64,000 bases of DNA from Paraspadella gotoi (lineage: Eukaryota > Animalia > Chaetognatha), in assembly GCA_051294375.1 (NCBI GenBank), contig CM119266.1, forward strand, positions 25,778,161-25,842,160, written 5' to 3'. The notes under the pieces were generated by a model. That model was not told where the DNA came from and searched no databases. It was given only the letters and a program-made list of their open reading frames with translations. Shown here piece by piece: positions 14,557 to 29,180 of this stretch. The first letter of the stretch is position 1, and each line of letters opens with the position of its first letter. Both the position numbers and the translations under genes were made by a program.

Positions 14557-14743
14557 CTGATGTTTTTTTAAAGCCCGTAAGTAATAGTATTAATACTCCA
14601 TATATTCTATTGGGAAATGGCCGCCTGACAAAAATATTGATGACATTATGTCATTTCATTTAAATTTACATCACACAACATTACATAACATTAACATACA
14701 TTACATAGTCATATGATATTAAATTTGTGATCTAAGTTAATAG

Positions 14744-14871
<128 letters not shown>

Positions 14872-16939
14872 CATTACTGGCAGCCTTAAGCAAGCCAAAC
14901 TATTTTCTTCCCCTTTTTTATGCAATCTACCGACGAATGTCCCGCTCAACAACATTTAAGGGGGGAGACTGTAGAGATTCAAAATGGCGGCTTCCTGAAA
15001 AAGATTCGGTTGATATTTTGAAACGAATTAAAAGAAAAAGCGAAAATGCTGGGAGCGTAAACTGAAGTACTTCCGTTTCTTAATTCTACGCGACAAGAAA
15101 AACAAAAGAACAGGCGCGTTGTTTATAGAATCGTTTTCGTTATTTTTATGTTATTGTTAATTCGATAAAAATAACAACCTGCTTCTTTTTTTTTATCCAC
15201 ATTTTCTTTTCCCATGTTGCACTTTTTGCCTGAAAGTGTCATCATAGGCAGTATTTCTCTCCCTAAATAATAAACATACAAAATATCTAAAAAACTGTAT
15301 GATAAAAGTTAGTAAAAACATCGGCCGAGTGATTCTTCCAAAAGAGAATTCATTCATCCACAATTTGAATGGAAAGTGCCAAGCAGCGTAGCGGCTGTTT
15401 TTCAATTTTACTCCCTTTTTTTGTGCTTTTTACTTATTTTTATTTGAATTCCTTTTCGCTACTTTGCATTTCCTTTCTTTTCTTTTTTTCTTCTCGGAAG
15501 GATTTCCTCCTTTTTTCCCTTTTACTTCTTCATTTCCTCATTTGAACTTTGATCTTTAATCTTTTTTTCCTTTTCGTCTTTTCCTTTCTTTTCCTTTCTT
15601 TTCATTTTGATTTTTTTTTTCCCTCTTTGCCTTTGATGGTTTTTAATTTTCCGCGCGCCCAGTAAATCTGATCTAATCTTAAGAAAATCATCACAAACTT
15701 TTTTCAAAAATCACTTGGAACTGAAAATAGAGAAACAATTCAAACTACTTTTTAAAATCCGCAGTCAAATTAAATCTTACGAAATGAGTTCCTGCGCCGA
15801 GGCAAAATTCAATTGTTAGTCTCACAAGAGTCGAGACAGGACAACATTGACAGTTTGACATTATTATTCAAATATCTAAACAATTTTCAAGTAAATGTTT
15901 TAAGATTTCATTTTTTCTGAATAAATAAATAGCAGTTGCTTAATTGCTATCCCCTTGAAACGTCCTTGAAACATCATTGAACAATTATATTGAAAAATAA
16001 AAGAGCAGCCGATTACAGTCACTGATCCAAAATTGCATTTACTACTTTGGCATCATCAGCTGAAACATCATCGACATCCTCTTCTCGCGGTCCAGCCTAA
16101 CCGCACCATTTTCTTCAACCCCATCTCTAGCACCGAGCCGCCGCAAAAACTCGGTACCGCTGCGGCGCCGCTGCCGCTGAAGCAGGGCCGCCGCTCTCGC
16201 TGCCGACCCGACTTCGACGCCATTAAAAAAATGGAGTTTCGTCTCTCCTCTCATCCCGCTGCGAGTCCCTTCAAAACCAAATGGCCGGAAGACCCTTTCA
16301 ATCAATGGCTGCCTCTCTTCCCTCCCACCTCGTTGGCTCCGAGCCCAGTTTCCAGCCCGGGGTGTCGGACTGGCGAAAGCGCGGGGTGTCGTAGATGCAA
16401 AAGCGCGGGATTCTTTTTTGTTGTTGTTTTTTTTTTTTTTTAATCGAAGGAATTGTTTTCATTTTTTAAGCCCGGATGTAAGACGGCGCCTGTTATTGTG
16501 GGAGATGGTTAACTAAAAACGGTGCTCGGCGTTAATTTTACAAGGCGCCTTGATTCGGATTTCGTCTCCTTGGAGACTTAAGTAACAGAAAGAAAATAAA
16601 GGACCCGGCTGTACCCAATCGCCACCGAACACCCGACGTGCGAAGCCAGACACGAAAATTCGATTCTCTGCACCAAACACCAATTTTACAACAAGTGGAA
16701 TTAAAAAAAAAAAGGAGAAAAAAAAGAAGAAAAAAAAACGCAGGAAAAACGAAGGAAATAAAAAAAAAGAGAGAGGAAGAGAAATGGAAGGAGATTCTCG
16801 TTTTTTAGACTTGAATTTGTCGAACATAAAAACGATCGAAGTTTAATCATCGGAGAATCTGAAATTCGGGTTTTGTGGGAGAGAAAAAGAGTGAGAAAAG
16901 GAAAGAAAAATAAAAAAAAGAATGGGAGGGAAGATAGAG

Positions 16940-16972
<33 letters not shown>

Positions 16973-17715
16973 GAGAGAGAAGAGAAGAGAGAGAGAGAGA
17001 GAGAGAGAGAAGAGAGAGGAGATCGAGATAGAAAGATAAACAAGGATTTTCCTTATATCAATTACCATAAATTTGGTGTCATTGCTTTTTGACTTCCGTC
17101 CGATCCACTCCATGCCAAAATGGAGAAGGAGAGAACAAATTTTTAGTCGAAGAAAGTTTTTTCTTCCTTTTGTGCACGTATATGCGTGTACGTCGTGCGT
17201 GCGAGCNNNNNNNNNNNNNNNNNNNNNNNNNCAGCTAAAGCGGAGTGCCATGCAATGTTTCTGTTTTTCGAACGAATAATATCCCAAAGTGATAACTCCA
17301 GAGGGCAGGGAGATCACGTGCTAAAAATGAGAGAAGAGAGAAAGAGAGAGAAGAGAGGAGAGAAGAGAGAGAGAAAAGAGAGAGAGGATGAGAGGGAGAG
17401 AAGACGATGACGGAGAGGAAGAAGATGAGAGAGAGAGACAGGAGAGAGAACGATGATGATGTGAGAGATGAGAGAGAGAGAGTGAGCAGAGAGAGAGAGA
17501 AGATGTACATGGACCTAGGTACTCTCTGCAAGAAGGACCTATAAGGTAACGATGTGTCCGTTCATTCATTGATATCCGTTTTCCTAATACAGAAAGCAAC
17601 TTTTTTATAACTACATAAGAAAAAAAATGTGTGTCTACTAAATATTAGTATTCAGAAAAAGAAAATAAAAAAATAGAAACACAAAGCAATTCAGAGAGAG
17701 AAGAGAGGAGAGAGA

Positions 17716-17761
<46 letters not shown>

Positions 17762-18171
17762 AGAATATTCAGGTTGCCATAGTAACGGAAAGAGGAACAA
17801 ATATATTTGATGTCAGATTTTGATTAAACGAAGCGACACAACGCGAGAGACTTCTTGGTTTAAAGAATAAAAGGCTGAGCTTGTATATTACAATATTACA
17901 ATTCTAAAATCGGCGACAATGTGTCACAAGATTGAATAAACGGCCACGACAACGACGATAACGCCGACGTCGCCAATGAAGATTGATTTTTCTCTCTCAA
18001 ATAAATTGAGCATCTCCTCTCGTCTTTATTTTCTACCGTCTTATTCGATTATCTCTCTCCTGTTCCATTTAAATATAGCTTGACAAAATAAAAAACAATT
18101 GAATTCAAAGACAGCAAACCTCGGTCTTGGCCACAACAACAACAACTACCGCACTAAGAAGATTTTGACGA

Positions 18172-18204
<33 letters not shown>

Positions 18205-18433
18205 TACGAAGACGTCTAAAACGAAAGCGAAAGAAAAAGAAAAAAAGAAATTTGGAGGCAGGAAAGGAGATGACTGTTGAGCGTTGAGTGTTGGGCTCCA
18301 GATGGCGACACAAACTCAATTTTTGTTTCGCAGCCACAAAACAATTTCGGATTTGAAATTCAAATCAAGACCCGACCTATATCTCTTCTCCACTTCCACC
18401 GAGATCAACCCAACTCTCTTTTTCTCTTCCTTC

Positions 18434-18758
18434 TTTTTAGTTGCGCCGCGAGTACTCGCGGAGCAACTCTATAAGTCACTTTTCGGTCGGTCTGTCGGTC
18501 TGTCGATTCATATGTCTGTCCGTCGGTCTGTCCCACATACATTAAAAATGCCTATAATTCGCATATAGTTGGTTGCTTATTGGTTAAGACAGGAAAAAAG
18601 CTCAAACCTAAGGGACTGCTAACGCCGCCTTCAAGAAATCCTAAAACTATAAGGAATAAAAGAAGGAATTTCGATGGGTGCATATCATAAATACAAGGGC
18701 TAATAAAGTTTTAAATAAAATCACTGCGGCGCAACACATTGGAATCACCGTTCTTGTT
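18434..18758 (+). mobile_element. Helentron-associated non-autonomous element (HINE/DINE-1-like)
   Basis: Starts TTTTTAGTTGCGCCGC-GAGTACTC-GCGGAGCAAC (hairpin), then (GTCG/GTCT) microsatellite, distal subTIR GCGGCGCAAC (18726-18735), ends CTTGTT in a T-run. This is the classic DINE-1/HINE layout. Confidence 0.75.
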
Positions 18759-20534
18759 TTTTTTTTTCACTTTTGATTTTTCTTTACCCTTTATTTTATT
18801 TTTCATTATTTGAGGTTTTTTATCCTTATATAAAACTATTTTTTTTGTGGCAACCAATTTTTTTTTTCATTTTCCTTCATCCTTTTGTAACAACTGATTT
18901 AACATACCCTATGAAGATCCCAAAAATCACGAATTTATGACACATTTGAACATTTACTACCATTTTCCCTCCCTTTCTCATCTTTTTAGCACCAATAAGG
19001 GCTTAAATTTAAAAAGTTGGTATATGAAAAAAAAACAACTCTTACTTATGAAGTCAATCCCTATTTTTATTATATTAATTTGTATTTTTTGTCTTTGCCG
19101 ACGTCCTTGACCGGGTTTGTAAGACAAAAATTTTAATCATATTCCATTATTCTCTTCTCCCCCCCTCCCCCCCTCCCCCCCGACTCCCTTTTCTTTTCGC
19201 CTTGTTCCTTCCGCGGACTCGACTCAGGTAAGTGAAAAAAAAATGTTTTACGAAAATTTAAACTAATTTAAATATTCTCTGTTCATCTTCTGTCTTATTC
19301 AAATTTTTGCACAAAAGAAAAAAAAAAAGAAAACTCTCCTGAACTCTGTATAATATTGTATATTGAATATGTACTTGCCTCGTCCTTTTCGGTACAAACA
19401 ACGATGACGAACCGGAATCACAACTGTAAATTCAGGATGTCATGTCTTTAAAATTACTTCTGAAATTATGAAATTGTGAAATTGCGTTTATACAGTTTAG
19501 ACGGACTTTGGTTAAATTCAGATGAATAATTCTAATTAAAACTTTTACGTTCTGTTCGTTCCTTTATATATGATCCTCATCATCATCGTTTTCCGTTTGT
19601 CGTCGTCGTCGTCGTCGTCGTCGTCAGGTCGTCGTTAAGGAGAGGAAAGTAGAATAGCACGCGCGAAATCCATAACGCGTTTACCATCCATCGCCCGGCG
19701 GCGGGAAATCCGTCGCCAAGCAACGAAGAACGATCGCGTAACCATGGAAACGGGAGGCTGTTACCGTTTGGTGGGGTGGCCATAGCGTTTGAAAGGCGAA
19801 TGTCACCGGAGTGTCAACCAGTGGCTACATCTGTCACGCGAATGCATCACCGCGACAATGACATAGGATCTTCAAGTCAATGACAGGTTTAACAAGAATG
19901 CGATGGCATGACACTTATGGTCTGTCAGTCAGTCTGTCACAGAGATTACTTTGAGACGTCATTGTGAAGACAAAAACTACTGTACTGCAACCGCAACTGG
20001 TTTTCCTCAGCTACGTCGAAGGATTGTCACGGCGCGGAGACGAGAATGCCACGTTGGGGTGCCACGGCAAATGATCCGATTGCCAAGGAGAGAAAGAGTC
20101 ATTTTCCTCCCTTACCCCCTCCTCCTCCTACTCCCGGATCCTTTCCCCCCCCTCTCCCTTTGCGCCGTCGGCTAAAAATCGTCATCAAATCTCTCTCACA
20201 TCCGGCATCTAGATTTCCCCTCATTCCGTGGTCCGTCTGACATCCGGGTCTCAGTTATGTTTCTATGTTCGAAGGCCACATTTTCGTCCTTTTTTTTTTT
20301 TAAATATCCCTAAGACATATGCGTGCTCGAGAGTACGTAGTAATTATAGACTTTGCAATAATCATTTGCGTAATCGCGACTTGGGTAGCGTCTTTGAAAC
20401 CCCAGCTTTGCAAACGAAAAACGACGACGATGACAACGAAGACTACCACTACCCCACCAACGCGAAACCAACCCCACGTCTACGCCACGCCAACCCTATT
20501 CAAACCCCANNNNNNNNNNNNNNNNNNNNNNNNN

Positions 20535-21645
20535 ACCACTGTTCCAAAGCTCAAAGGTGTCCCCACATCCACCCGAGGCAAAGCGACCATTAACCACCAG
20601 TCCTCCAACAACATCGAACATGCCGACTCACCTGTCACTTTAATGCTTTCTTTAAATCACCAATCTTCCTCACCTGCTTAATGACTTACCCGATCCATCT
20701 TAACCGCTCCAAAGTATCTCACCTCCTCCTTATCCTTCTCCTCTTTTTTTTTCGCTCCTTAATTCCGTCGGCCACAAAATTAATTCAAATTTTGATGATT
20801 TTTTTTTTCTTCCTGCTTTTCTCATGGTCATTATCGTCTGTCGCGTCGTCGTCGTCGTCGGTCTGTTTTTATTGTCATCGAAAACCGCAAAAAAAAAATA
20901 AAAAATTCTTCAGCTATATTTTCTCGGCCTTTTATGAGCTCTTGTAACGAGTTTCCATTGAATCGCTGATTTTTTTTTTCGAAAAGTAAGCCGAACGACA
21001 TTGAATACTTAATTACCTTTTATGAAATCCGTCATTAAACGACATATTTTTACGTCAATAAAATTGATAAACCAAATTAATGGCTCAAACGGCGAGTCCT
21101 CTTTTCAGTATTTTCAGTTTAAAAAGGAAACCAACCAAAAAAAAGACAAGCAATCGATCGCGTTCCCATGGGTTAGACGGACCCGCCCACGTAGAAAAAA
21201 AGAAAGAACTATTAAAAAAAGAAAAGGCGAAGAAAATAAAAATTTGTGGCGTTTGATTGTTTTTCTCGGCGATGACGACAGGCGGTTCTTTGTCTTTCGA
21301 GTTTCCATTTCTCTCTTTTATGCTTCTCACGCGTTCGGCCGGCCAGAGTTTCCCTCCGCGCGAGACGAGGATGTAAATGTTTTTTCTCTTTCTCTCTCCG
21401 GGATGAAAGCGAGGCTCTCGTCTCGACTCCTCTTCCCATTGTGTTGGTTTTGTTTCGGCTTTTGCGGTAGTTTCGTCTCTCTTTTCTCTTTGCACGTGCG
21501 CGCGGTTTTTTTGTTGTGTGTGTGTGCGGGTTCGGGGTTACCGAATGTCTTATTCTCGTCCGACTTTTTTCAAAGTTTTACGTGTTTAGGTTTTTTTTAG
21601 AGCCTCACTATTTCCAAAACTATGACTCGGCTGTTCTCTCTCTCG

Positions 21646-21677
<32 letters not shown>

Positions 21678-24600
21678 TCCAATCATCTCTCTCTCTCTCT
21701 CATCTCTCTCTCGTCTCTCTCCTCGTATCTCTCTTTCCTCTTCTCTTTCTCTCTAGTCTTTCCTCTCTTTCTCTGTTTCTGCTCCATTCTTATTTTGTTG
21801 TTAGGGGGAAATTTGTTGGCCATATAAGATTATGCTCAGAATGGACTGACACGGGAAACTTTTCGTTACAAGAAAAGTTTGCTGATGATTTCTGGTTGTT
21901 AAGGAAAATAAAGAAAAAGGTAAGGATGAACCGTCGTCGTCGATTGGGGTGACATGGAAGTTAGATCCAGTCTCACTCAAGTCTTCTTCATATATAAGTA
22001 ATAAATTGATTAATATGGATTAATATCAGGAATGAATGATTTTCAGTTTTTCTATCCACATATTCAATCGAGTTAAAAATGCGAACTATCGTAGTTTCGT
22101 TGAAGATTCGTCGTGTGGAGTTTTTTAAAACTCTCGTCCGGACCTCGGTTCTTCCTACTTGTGGGCGTGCCCCTCGCCTTGGCCCGAACGTCGCGCGGGC
22201 GAGGAGTTAGTCGAAGCGAAGCTTATAAAGAAGACTAAAGAGAGACTATCGAGAGATGTGTCCAATATTTAAAACAACACGGCAAAGAGAAAAGTGTCCG
22301 GCGCGCGCTCCGTATTTTCACAACTATTTGAACTTAAAGTACCTTAACGGTAACTTAATTGTAATTTGTTTAAATGATAGAGTAGAGCTCCTCAACTTGC
22401 GGCTTTATTTTTAGACAGTTTTTAAGTTAAATAAGAAATCAAATAAATTTATTAAAACCCACCCTTAAACACCCTTGCCTAAGCAATAGCTACAGAGTAC
22501 CGTGGGCAACTAACGACAACGCCCACTTTCCCACCACCAAATCTTTTCTTCCGAAAGAGGTTAAACTAGATAAGACGATACGACGCGGTGGGGCGCCATT
22601 TTGGAGCCAACGGGTTTTTCGCCCTTTCCACCGTATCTCCATTGATGTCGTGTGGAGTCAAACGCATGTGTCTCGTTGCAGTTTTTCTCACGTTGAAATC
22701 GTCTGGATGTTGTCGTCGGGATCATTAGTGTTGTGGGGGTTGGCCGTGGGGTTGGCTGGCGCGTTGGGCGTAGCGTAGACGTGGGGTTTTGAATAGGGTT
22801 GGCGTGGCGTAGACGTGGTGGTTTGAATAGGGTTGGTCGTGGCGTAGACGTGGGGTGGCGTGGCGTAGCGTGGGTTTGAATAGGGTTGGCAGTGGCGTAG
22901 ACGTGGGTTGAATAGGGTTGGCGGTGGCGTAGACGTGGGGTTTGAAAAGGGTTGGCGTGGCGTAGACGTGGGGTTGATGAGGGTGCGTGGCGTAGACGTG
23001 GGGTTTTGAAATAGGGTTGGCGTGGCGTAGACGTGGGGTTGCGTGGCGTAGACGTGGGTTTGAAACCCCACGTCTACGCTACGCCAACGGCCAGCCAACC
23101 CCACGCCAACCCCCACAACACTATCGATCCCGACGACAACATCCAAGACGATTTCAACGTGAGAAAAACTGCAACGAGACACATGCGTTTGACTCCACAC
23201 GACATCAATGGAGATTACGGTGGAAAGGGCGAAAAACCCGTTGGCTCAAAATGGCCGCCCACCGTCGTATCGTCTTATCCTAGTTTAACCTCTTTTCGGA
23301 AGAAAAGATTTGGTGGGGGAAAGTGGGCGTTGTCGTTAGTTGCCACGGTACTCTGTAGCTATTGCTTAGGCAATGGGTGTTAAGGGTGGGTTTTAATAAA
23401 TTTATTTGATTTTCTTATTAACTTAAAAACTGTTCTAAAAATAAAGCGCAAGTTGAGAGGCTCTACTCTATCATGTAAACAATACAATTTATTACGTATA
23501 GGTACTTTAAGTTCAAATAGTTTGAAATACGGGCGCGCGTCCCGGACATCTTTTCTCTTTGGTGTTGTTTAAATATGGAACACATCTCTCGAAGTCTCTC
23601 TTTAGTCTCTTTATAAAGCTTCGCTCGACTAACTCCTCGCCCGCGCGACGTTCGGGCAAAGCGGGGGCACGCCCACAAGTAGGAAGAACCGAGGTTCCGG
23701 GACGGAGTTTTAAAAACTCCCACGACGAACTCAACGAAACTCGATGTTCGCATTTTTAGGACTCGATGAAGTTGGGATAGCAAAACTGAAAATCATTCAT
23801 TCCTGATATTAATCATATTAATCATATTTTATTACTTATATATGAAGAAGACTTGAGTGAGACTGGATCTAATCATGTCACCCCAATCGACGACGAGGTT
23901 CATCCCCTTAACTTCATCCCCTTAACAACCAGAAATCATCGAAACTTTTTTAACGAAAAGTTTCCCGTGTCAGTCCATTCTGAGCATAATCTTAATGGCC
24001 AACAAATTTTTCCCTAACAACAAAATAAGAATGGGAGAGAAACAGAAGAAAGACGAGAGGAAAGACTGAGAAGAGGAAAGAAGAAAGAGGAGACGACGAG
24101 AGATGGAGCGAGGAGAGAGATCGAGAGAGAGATGAGAGGACGAGAGACGAGATTGATTGGGAAGGATGAGAAGAGAGGAGAGCAGAGAACGGAGGAGAGA
24201 GGAGAGAGAGAAAGCCGAGTCATAGTTTTGGAAATTAGTTGAGGCTCCCTAAAAAAAACCACACGTAAAATTTGAAAAAAGTCGGACGAGAATAAGAATT
24301 GTAACCCGAACCCGCACACACACACAACAAAAAAACCCGCGGCGCACGTCAAAAGAAAGAGACGAAAACTACGCAAAAGCCGAAACAAAACAACACAATG
24401 GAAAGGGAGTCGAGACGAGAGCCTCGCTTTCATCCGGGGGAGAGAGAAGAAGAAAAAGCCATTTACATCCTCGCTCGCGCGGAGGGAAAACTCTGGCGGC
24501 CGACGCGAGAAGCATAAAAGAGAAATGGAAACTCGAAAGACAAAAGAACCGTCGTCGTCAGCCGAAAAAAAATCAAACGCCACAAATTTTTTTTCTTCGC

Positions 24601-24951
24601 CTTTTCTTTTTAAATAGTTCTTTCTTTTTTTTTCTAACGTGCGGGGGCGTAACCATGGGAACGCGATCGATGTTGTCTTTTTTTTGGTTTCCTTTCTTAA
24701 AACTGAAAAAAGAGGACTCGCGTTTGAGCCATTAATTTGGTTATCAATTTTATTGACGTAAAAATATGGTTAAGACGGATTTCATAAAAGGTTAATTAAG
24801 TTATTCAATGTCGTTCGGCTAACTTCGAAAAAAAAAAAATATCAGCGATTCAATGGAAACTCGTTACAAGAGCATAAAAGGCCCAAGAAACATATAGCTG
24901 AAGAATTTTTTTTTTTTTTTTTGCGGTTTTCGATGAACAATAAAGACGACA

Positions 24952-24983
<32 letters not shown>

Positions 24984-25262
24984 TAATGAACCATGAGAAA
25001 AGAGGAAGAAAAAAAAATCATCAAAAATTTGAATTAATTTTTGGCGACGGAAATTAAGGAGCGAAAAAAGAGGAGAGAATAAGGAGAGGTTGAGGATTTT
25101 GGAGGTAAGGACGGTCGGGTAAGTCATTAAGCAGGTGAGGAAGATGGTTGATTAAAGAAAGCGATTAAGGAGGTGAGTCGCATGTTGCGATGTTGTGGAG
25201 GACTGGTAATGGTCGCTTTGCCTCGGAGTGGATGGCTGGGACACCTTGAGCTTTGGAACAGT
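20535..25262. repeat. Giant palindrome 1 (~2.2-2.5 kb arms, centre ~23062), probable assembly artefact
   Basis: 20535-22760 is the reverse complement of ~23090-25262 with many 1-bp indels; centre GGGTTTGAAACCC; lies between 25-N gaps at 20510-20534 and 25365-25389. Confidence 0.95.
22760..23090. repeat. ~33-bp GC-rich minisatellite (GGCGTGGCGTAGACGTGGGGTTTGAATAGGGTT)n
   Basis: About 9 noisy tandem units; the same unit occurs in the opposite orientation at 20465-20509 and 23063-23090. Confidence 0.9.
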
Positions 25263-26055
25263 GGGTGTCGGGGGAGAAAGGTGACACGTGGAAAGCGCCC
25301 GAGTTGAATGGCGCGTTAACGAGCCAAGGAGGCGAGTCGAGAGAGAACGTCACTCTGGCGAAGANNNNNNNNNNNNNNNNNNNNNNNNNAGAGATATTTT
25401 TAAATCAGTTTTTCGAAGAACAACTATTATATCGATACACTACAACTTTTTTATTTTCACACAGGGAATATTTTTTTTAAGAAAAGGCCCGAAACCCTCA
25501 TTTTTTTTGAGTTTTTCTCGACCCACAGACCCACGACGCGTGATGAAACGACTCACAAATAAGTCGAAACATGTCTTATTTTCGTTTCTATACTAAAAAT
25601 CGTTGTTGTAACCCAAAAAATGTCAAAATACAAAAAAATTTTCTTCTCTCAACAACGAGACACGGAGTGAAAAACGACCTCAACCGACGCTGTGGGAAAA
25701 AAAAAAAAAAACTAGACTGAAATCCGCAACCGGGGTCTTTTAGCTTCCACGCCTCGCTCTCCAGTCGCCTCCCAATCCTCCCCCCTTCTCGCCCTCCTTT
25801 AAACTCCCCATCTCCCACAAAAGAAAAGGGATCGAATCACACGAAAAAGAAATTAAAAAAAGGAGAAAAAAAGGAGGAAAGGAACGAAAAAAAGGGAAAA
25901 AAAAGTGGGAAAAATAATTGGGGAAGAATCGCGCCTTCCTTTTATCTCCATTAAGGGACCCCGAGTTTCGACGCGCGATAGGAGATTTAAATGCAAAACT
26001 AAAGTGGTTAGATTATCGCCCCGGAACAGAGAGAGAGAGAGAGAGAGGAGAGAGA

Positions 26056-26175
<120 letters not shown>

Positions 26176-26472
26176 AATGGCGGGAAAAACGCGAAGGGAA
26201 AAGAGAAAACAACGGGGCAAGAAAAAAAACGGTCCGGGCCAATTGCTTTCGATGAGAGAGGGAGAAAGGGGGGAGTAAGGAATGAAGAAACGATGGAGAA
26301 CTCGGGGAAATGAGGCGGAATGAGGAACGATTAAGGGGGGTGAATGAAATTCGGACGGAATAACAGAATGAAACAGATGGAAAACGTTAATTGAGGACGA
26401 AATGATGAAAGGATAAAGAGGTATGAAACAAGTTCGGCGTAATTAATGAGAAAGAGGAAAAAGGAGAGTAAG

Positions 26473-26549
<77 letters not shown>

Positions 26550-28974
26550 AGAGACAAGCGGCGTAAAGAAAAGCAAAAAGGTGAAAAAAAAATAAAGAGA
26601 AAAAGTACAAGAGACGAGTGAGAGAGGAAGACCAACCAAGGTCGTGGGACTATGATGAAAGGAATGAGGAAATCGAACTCTCACTGTATCTTTGCATCTC
26701 TGCATGTTTTAAGACCTCTGTATCAACGATCTATGTACCCTGCATTTCTTGTATCCCTGCATCTCCGAAAGTTGGGTGAAAGCCCCGTGTTGTAGAAAAA
26801 TATATAAGCAAAGAGAGGTCAGTGTGGATGCAAGAAACGTCACTCGGACAGAAAGGGGCGAGGTGAAGATGTGAATGGGAAAAAGGGAGGAAAGGTGAGA
26901 AAAGGAAAAAGAAGTAAAAAAATAAACAGAAGTTTGACGTCTGATTTGATGCTGGAGACGTTGATCTCGAGGGTCAGGGAAAAAAAGGTCGGGCGATGGG
27001 TTGGGGATAAAGAGGGACTAAAAAGAGGGTTGGGGAATAGCGGGAGGGGATGCAACGGTTTCAGTGAAGCTTACAAGTTGAATAATTTTCATGTTGATAA
27101 GGAGAGGAACTGGAAGGGTGAGTGAATTAGAAGTTGAAAAACACTTTTTTTTCTCTCTTTTATCTTCACGACCGGTCCTTTCGTGAATTCTTTTTCTTGT
27201 AATTCGTCTTCTTTTTTCTAAATTTCACTTCCTGTATCCCTTTGCTTTTCTGGCAATCTCAAGCTTTCACCATTTTCTTTTCTTTTATACCTGGCTTCTC
27301 TTGCTCTTTATCTTTCCCAATTGTAATTTCACTTTTCTGTCTCTTTACTTTATACTGTTGAAATTTTCTTTTTTTTTGTCATTACCTTATCTCTCATAGC
27401 AAATTCTCAATGTATTCTCTTATTAAGAGTTTCTTTCTTTCGGTTTCTCTCTATTGCAATCTAATTTATTTTTTAATTCAATTTTTTCGTCTCCTGTTTT
27501 CTAAATTTTTTTTTTAAAACTTTCCATATTTTAATGTTAAGAATTTCCATTCTTCATACCTTTTTTCCTTCGCCTTTTAATCGTCTTTTCCTTTTGTTCA
27601 CTTTTCCTTATTCTCCTCATTATTTTATAATGCCTCTTTATTTCGAACGGGAGTTTGAATATATTTTCGGCTGAGAAAAACGCCGATGAGATAAATAGAA
27701 CACGAAGAAACTCATCTCTCTATTTTAAAGGAAATTTTTACTCATATCACGATGATGTCAGCCTGTTACTCGTAACTTTCTAATGCCCGTTAAAGAAATT
27801 TCACATTCTCTCTATTCGCGTATTATTTACTTGTTTTATTCTCCACTATTAACGTAGTTTTAAAAAACTAAACAATATCGTAATTTAATATTAGCTGAAA
27901 AATTGGCACCTACATATTTTTATTAAAGTAAATAAAGTAGATATTGTCCTAGCAAGAAACAAAGTAGGGTAACGAAAGAAAAATACGAACGTGCCTTCAG
28001 CCGCTTGCAACGACGACGACAGACGACGACGATGAAACGACGATAAAACTAAAAAATGGCGGATGTGAACGTGTGGCAGTTGATTGAGAAAGAGATGTAT
28101 TGGGCGTCCGTTGCTAGGAAAACCTCTGGTGGTTGAAGCGACGTAAAATCTTTTTTAGGCAAGGTAGATAAAAAGAATGTAATATATAGTATCTGGCAAA
28201 ATGCGACAGAATGTAGGGATTTCGTGGAAGGGCAATGTGATGACTTAAATCGGCGTAAGACCAAAGATACCAAGAATTTTTCAGGCAAGGACAGCTGGAA
28301 TAGTCCGGAACAGGCCGGATTGCGTACATGCGGTGGGGGGGGAGATAGGCCAGGAAGGCTGGTTGAGCGGTTCTGGCGGTTCAGGCTGTAAGAGCAGGGA
28401 GAGAGAGAGAGAAAGAGAGAAGAGAGAGAAGAGAGCTTGGTTTATTGCGTTTTCAGCGGAAGAATTTAATTTGGGAGAGATGAAAACTGGAGCGGAGCGC
28501 GGAACAAAGTACAGAGAAACGGAAACGACGGAACAAGAACGAAAAGAAAAAAATAGAAAGTATTAATAATAGGTTAGAGAATCTTGGAGGTTTTTTTTTT
28601 CTCGAATGATTCTAACAACTTGAGCGGAGAAAAAAAAAACAAATCTTTTCGAGAAACGAACCAGAAAAACAAAAGGTTCTGCGAAACTGGAAACCAAGCA
28701 AAACAGAATTTAGGAATCCGAACGGCGTGAAAGCCAAACGAGGATCGGTTTTAGAAAACGGAGGGAGGAAGGGAAGGGAGGGAGGGGAAGAGGGAGAGAA
28801 GGGTAGGGAGGGGGGAGGGGGGAGGGAAGGGGAGGGGAGGAGAGTAGTTGGTTGGGAAATCGTCAGAAAAGACAAACAAAGACGCCGAGTGACGGACAGT
28901 TAAGGCAAAGAGAGGAAAAACAGAAGAAAAGTGTGAATCCATCGTTTAGGAGCTTTTTGTGAAATGGAAAGCGG

Positions 28975-29180
28975 AGGTGGAGTGGGAACGAATGGAGTGG
29001 GAAGATGGAGTGTGAAGATGGGAGTGGGAAGATGGAATGGGAAGATGTAAGTAGGAAAATGGAGTGGGACGATGGAGTGGGAAGATGGAGGTGTGAAGAT
29101 GGAGTGGGAAGAATGGAGTGGGATAATGGAGTGGGAAAGATGGAGTTGGAGAAGATGAATGGGAAGATGGAGTGGGAAAG
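28975..29180. repeat. 13-bp minisatellite (GATGGAGTGGGAA)n; mirror copy at ~43012-43125
   Basis: Tandem units directly visible; source of the spurious SHSIFP-repeat ORFs. Confidence 0.85.

Noticed and set aside
16033-16443. GC-rich island with ORFs on both strands (minus strand ends MSMMFQLMMPK, superficially like the innexin N-terminus)
   Set aside because: No recognisable domain, it ends in an immediate stop and has no linkable exons; likely regulatory or non-coding.
22688-23383. Regularly repeated 33-bp units resembling a CRISPR array or a repeat protein (PHVYAT...)
   Set aside because: Head-to-tail units without unique spacers, in a eukaryotic context with no cas genes; a minisatellite.
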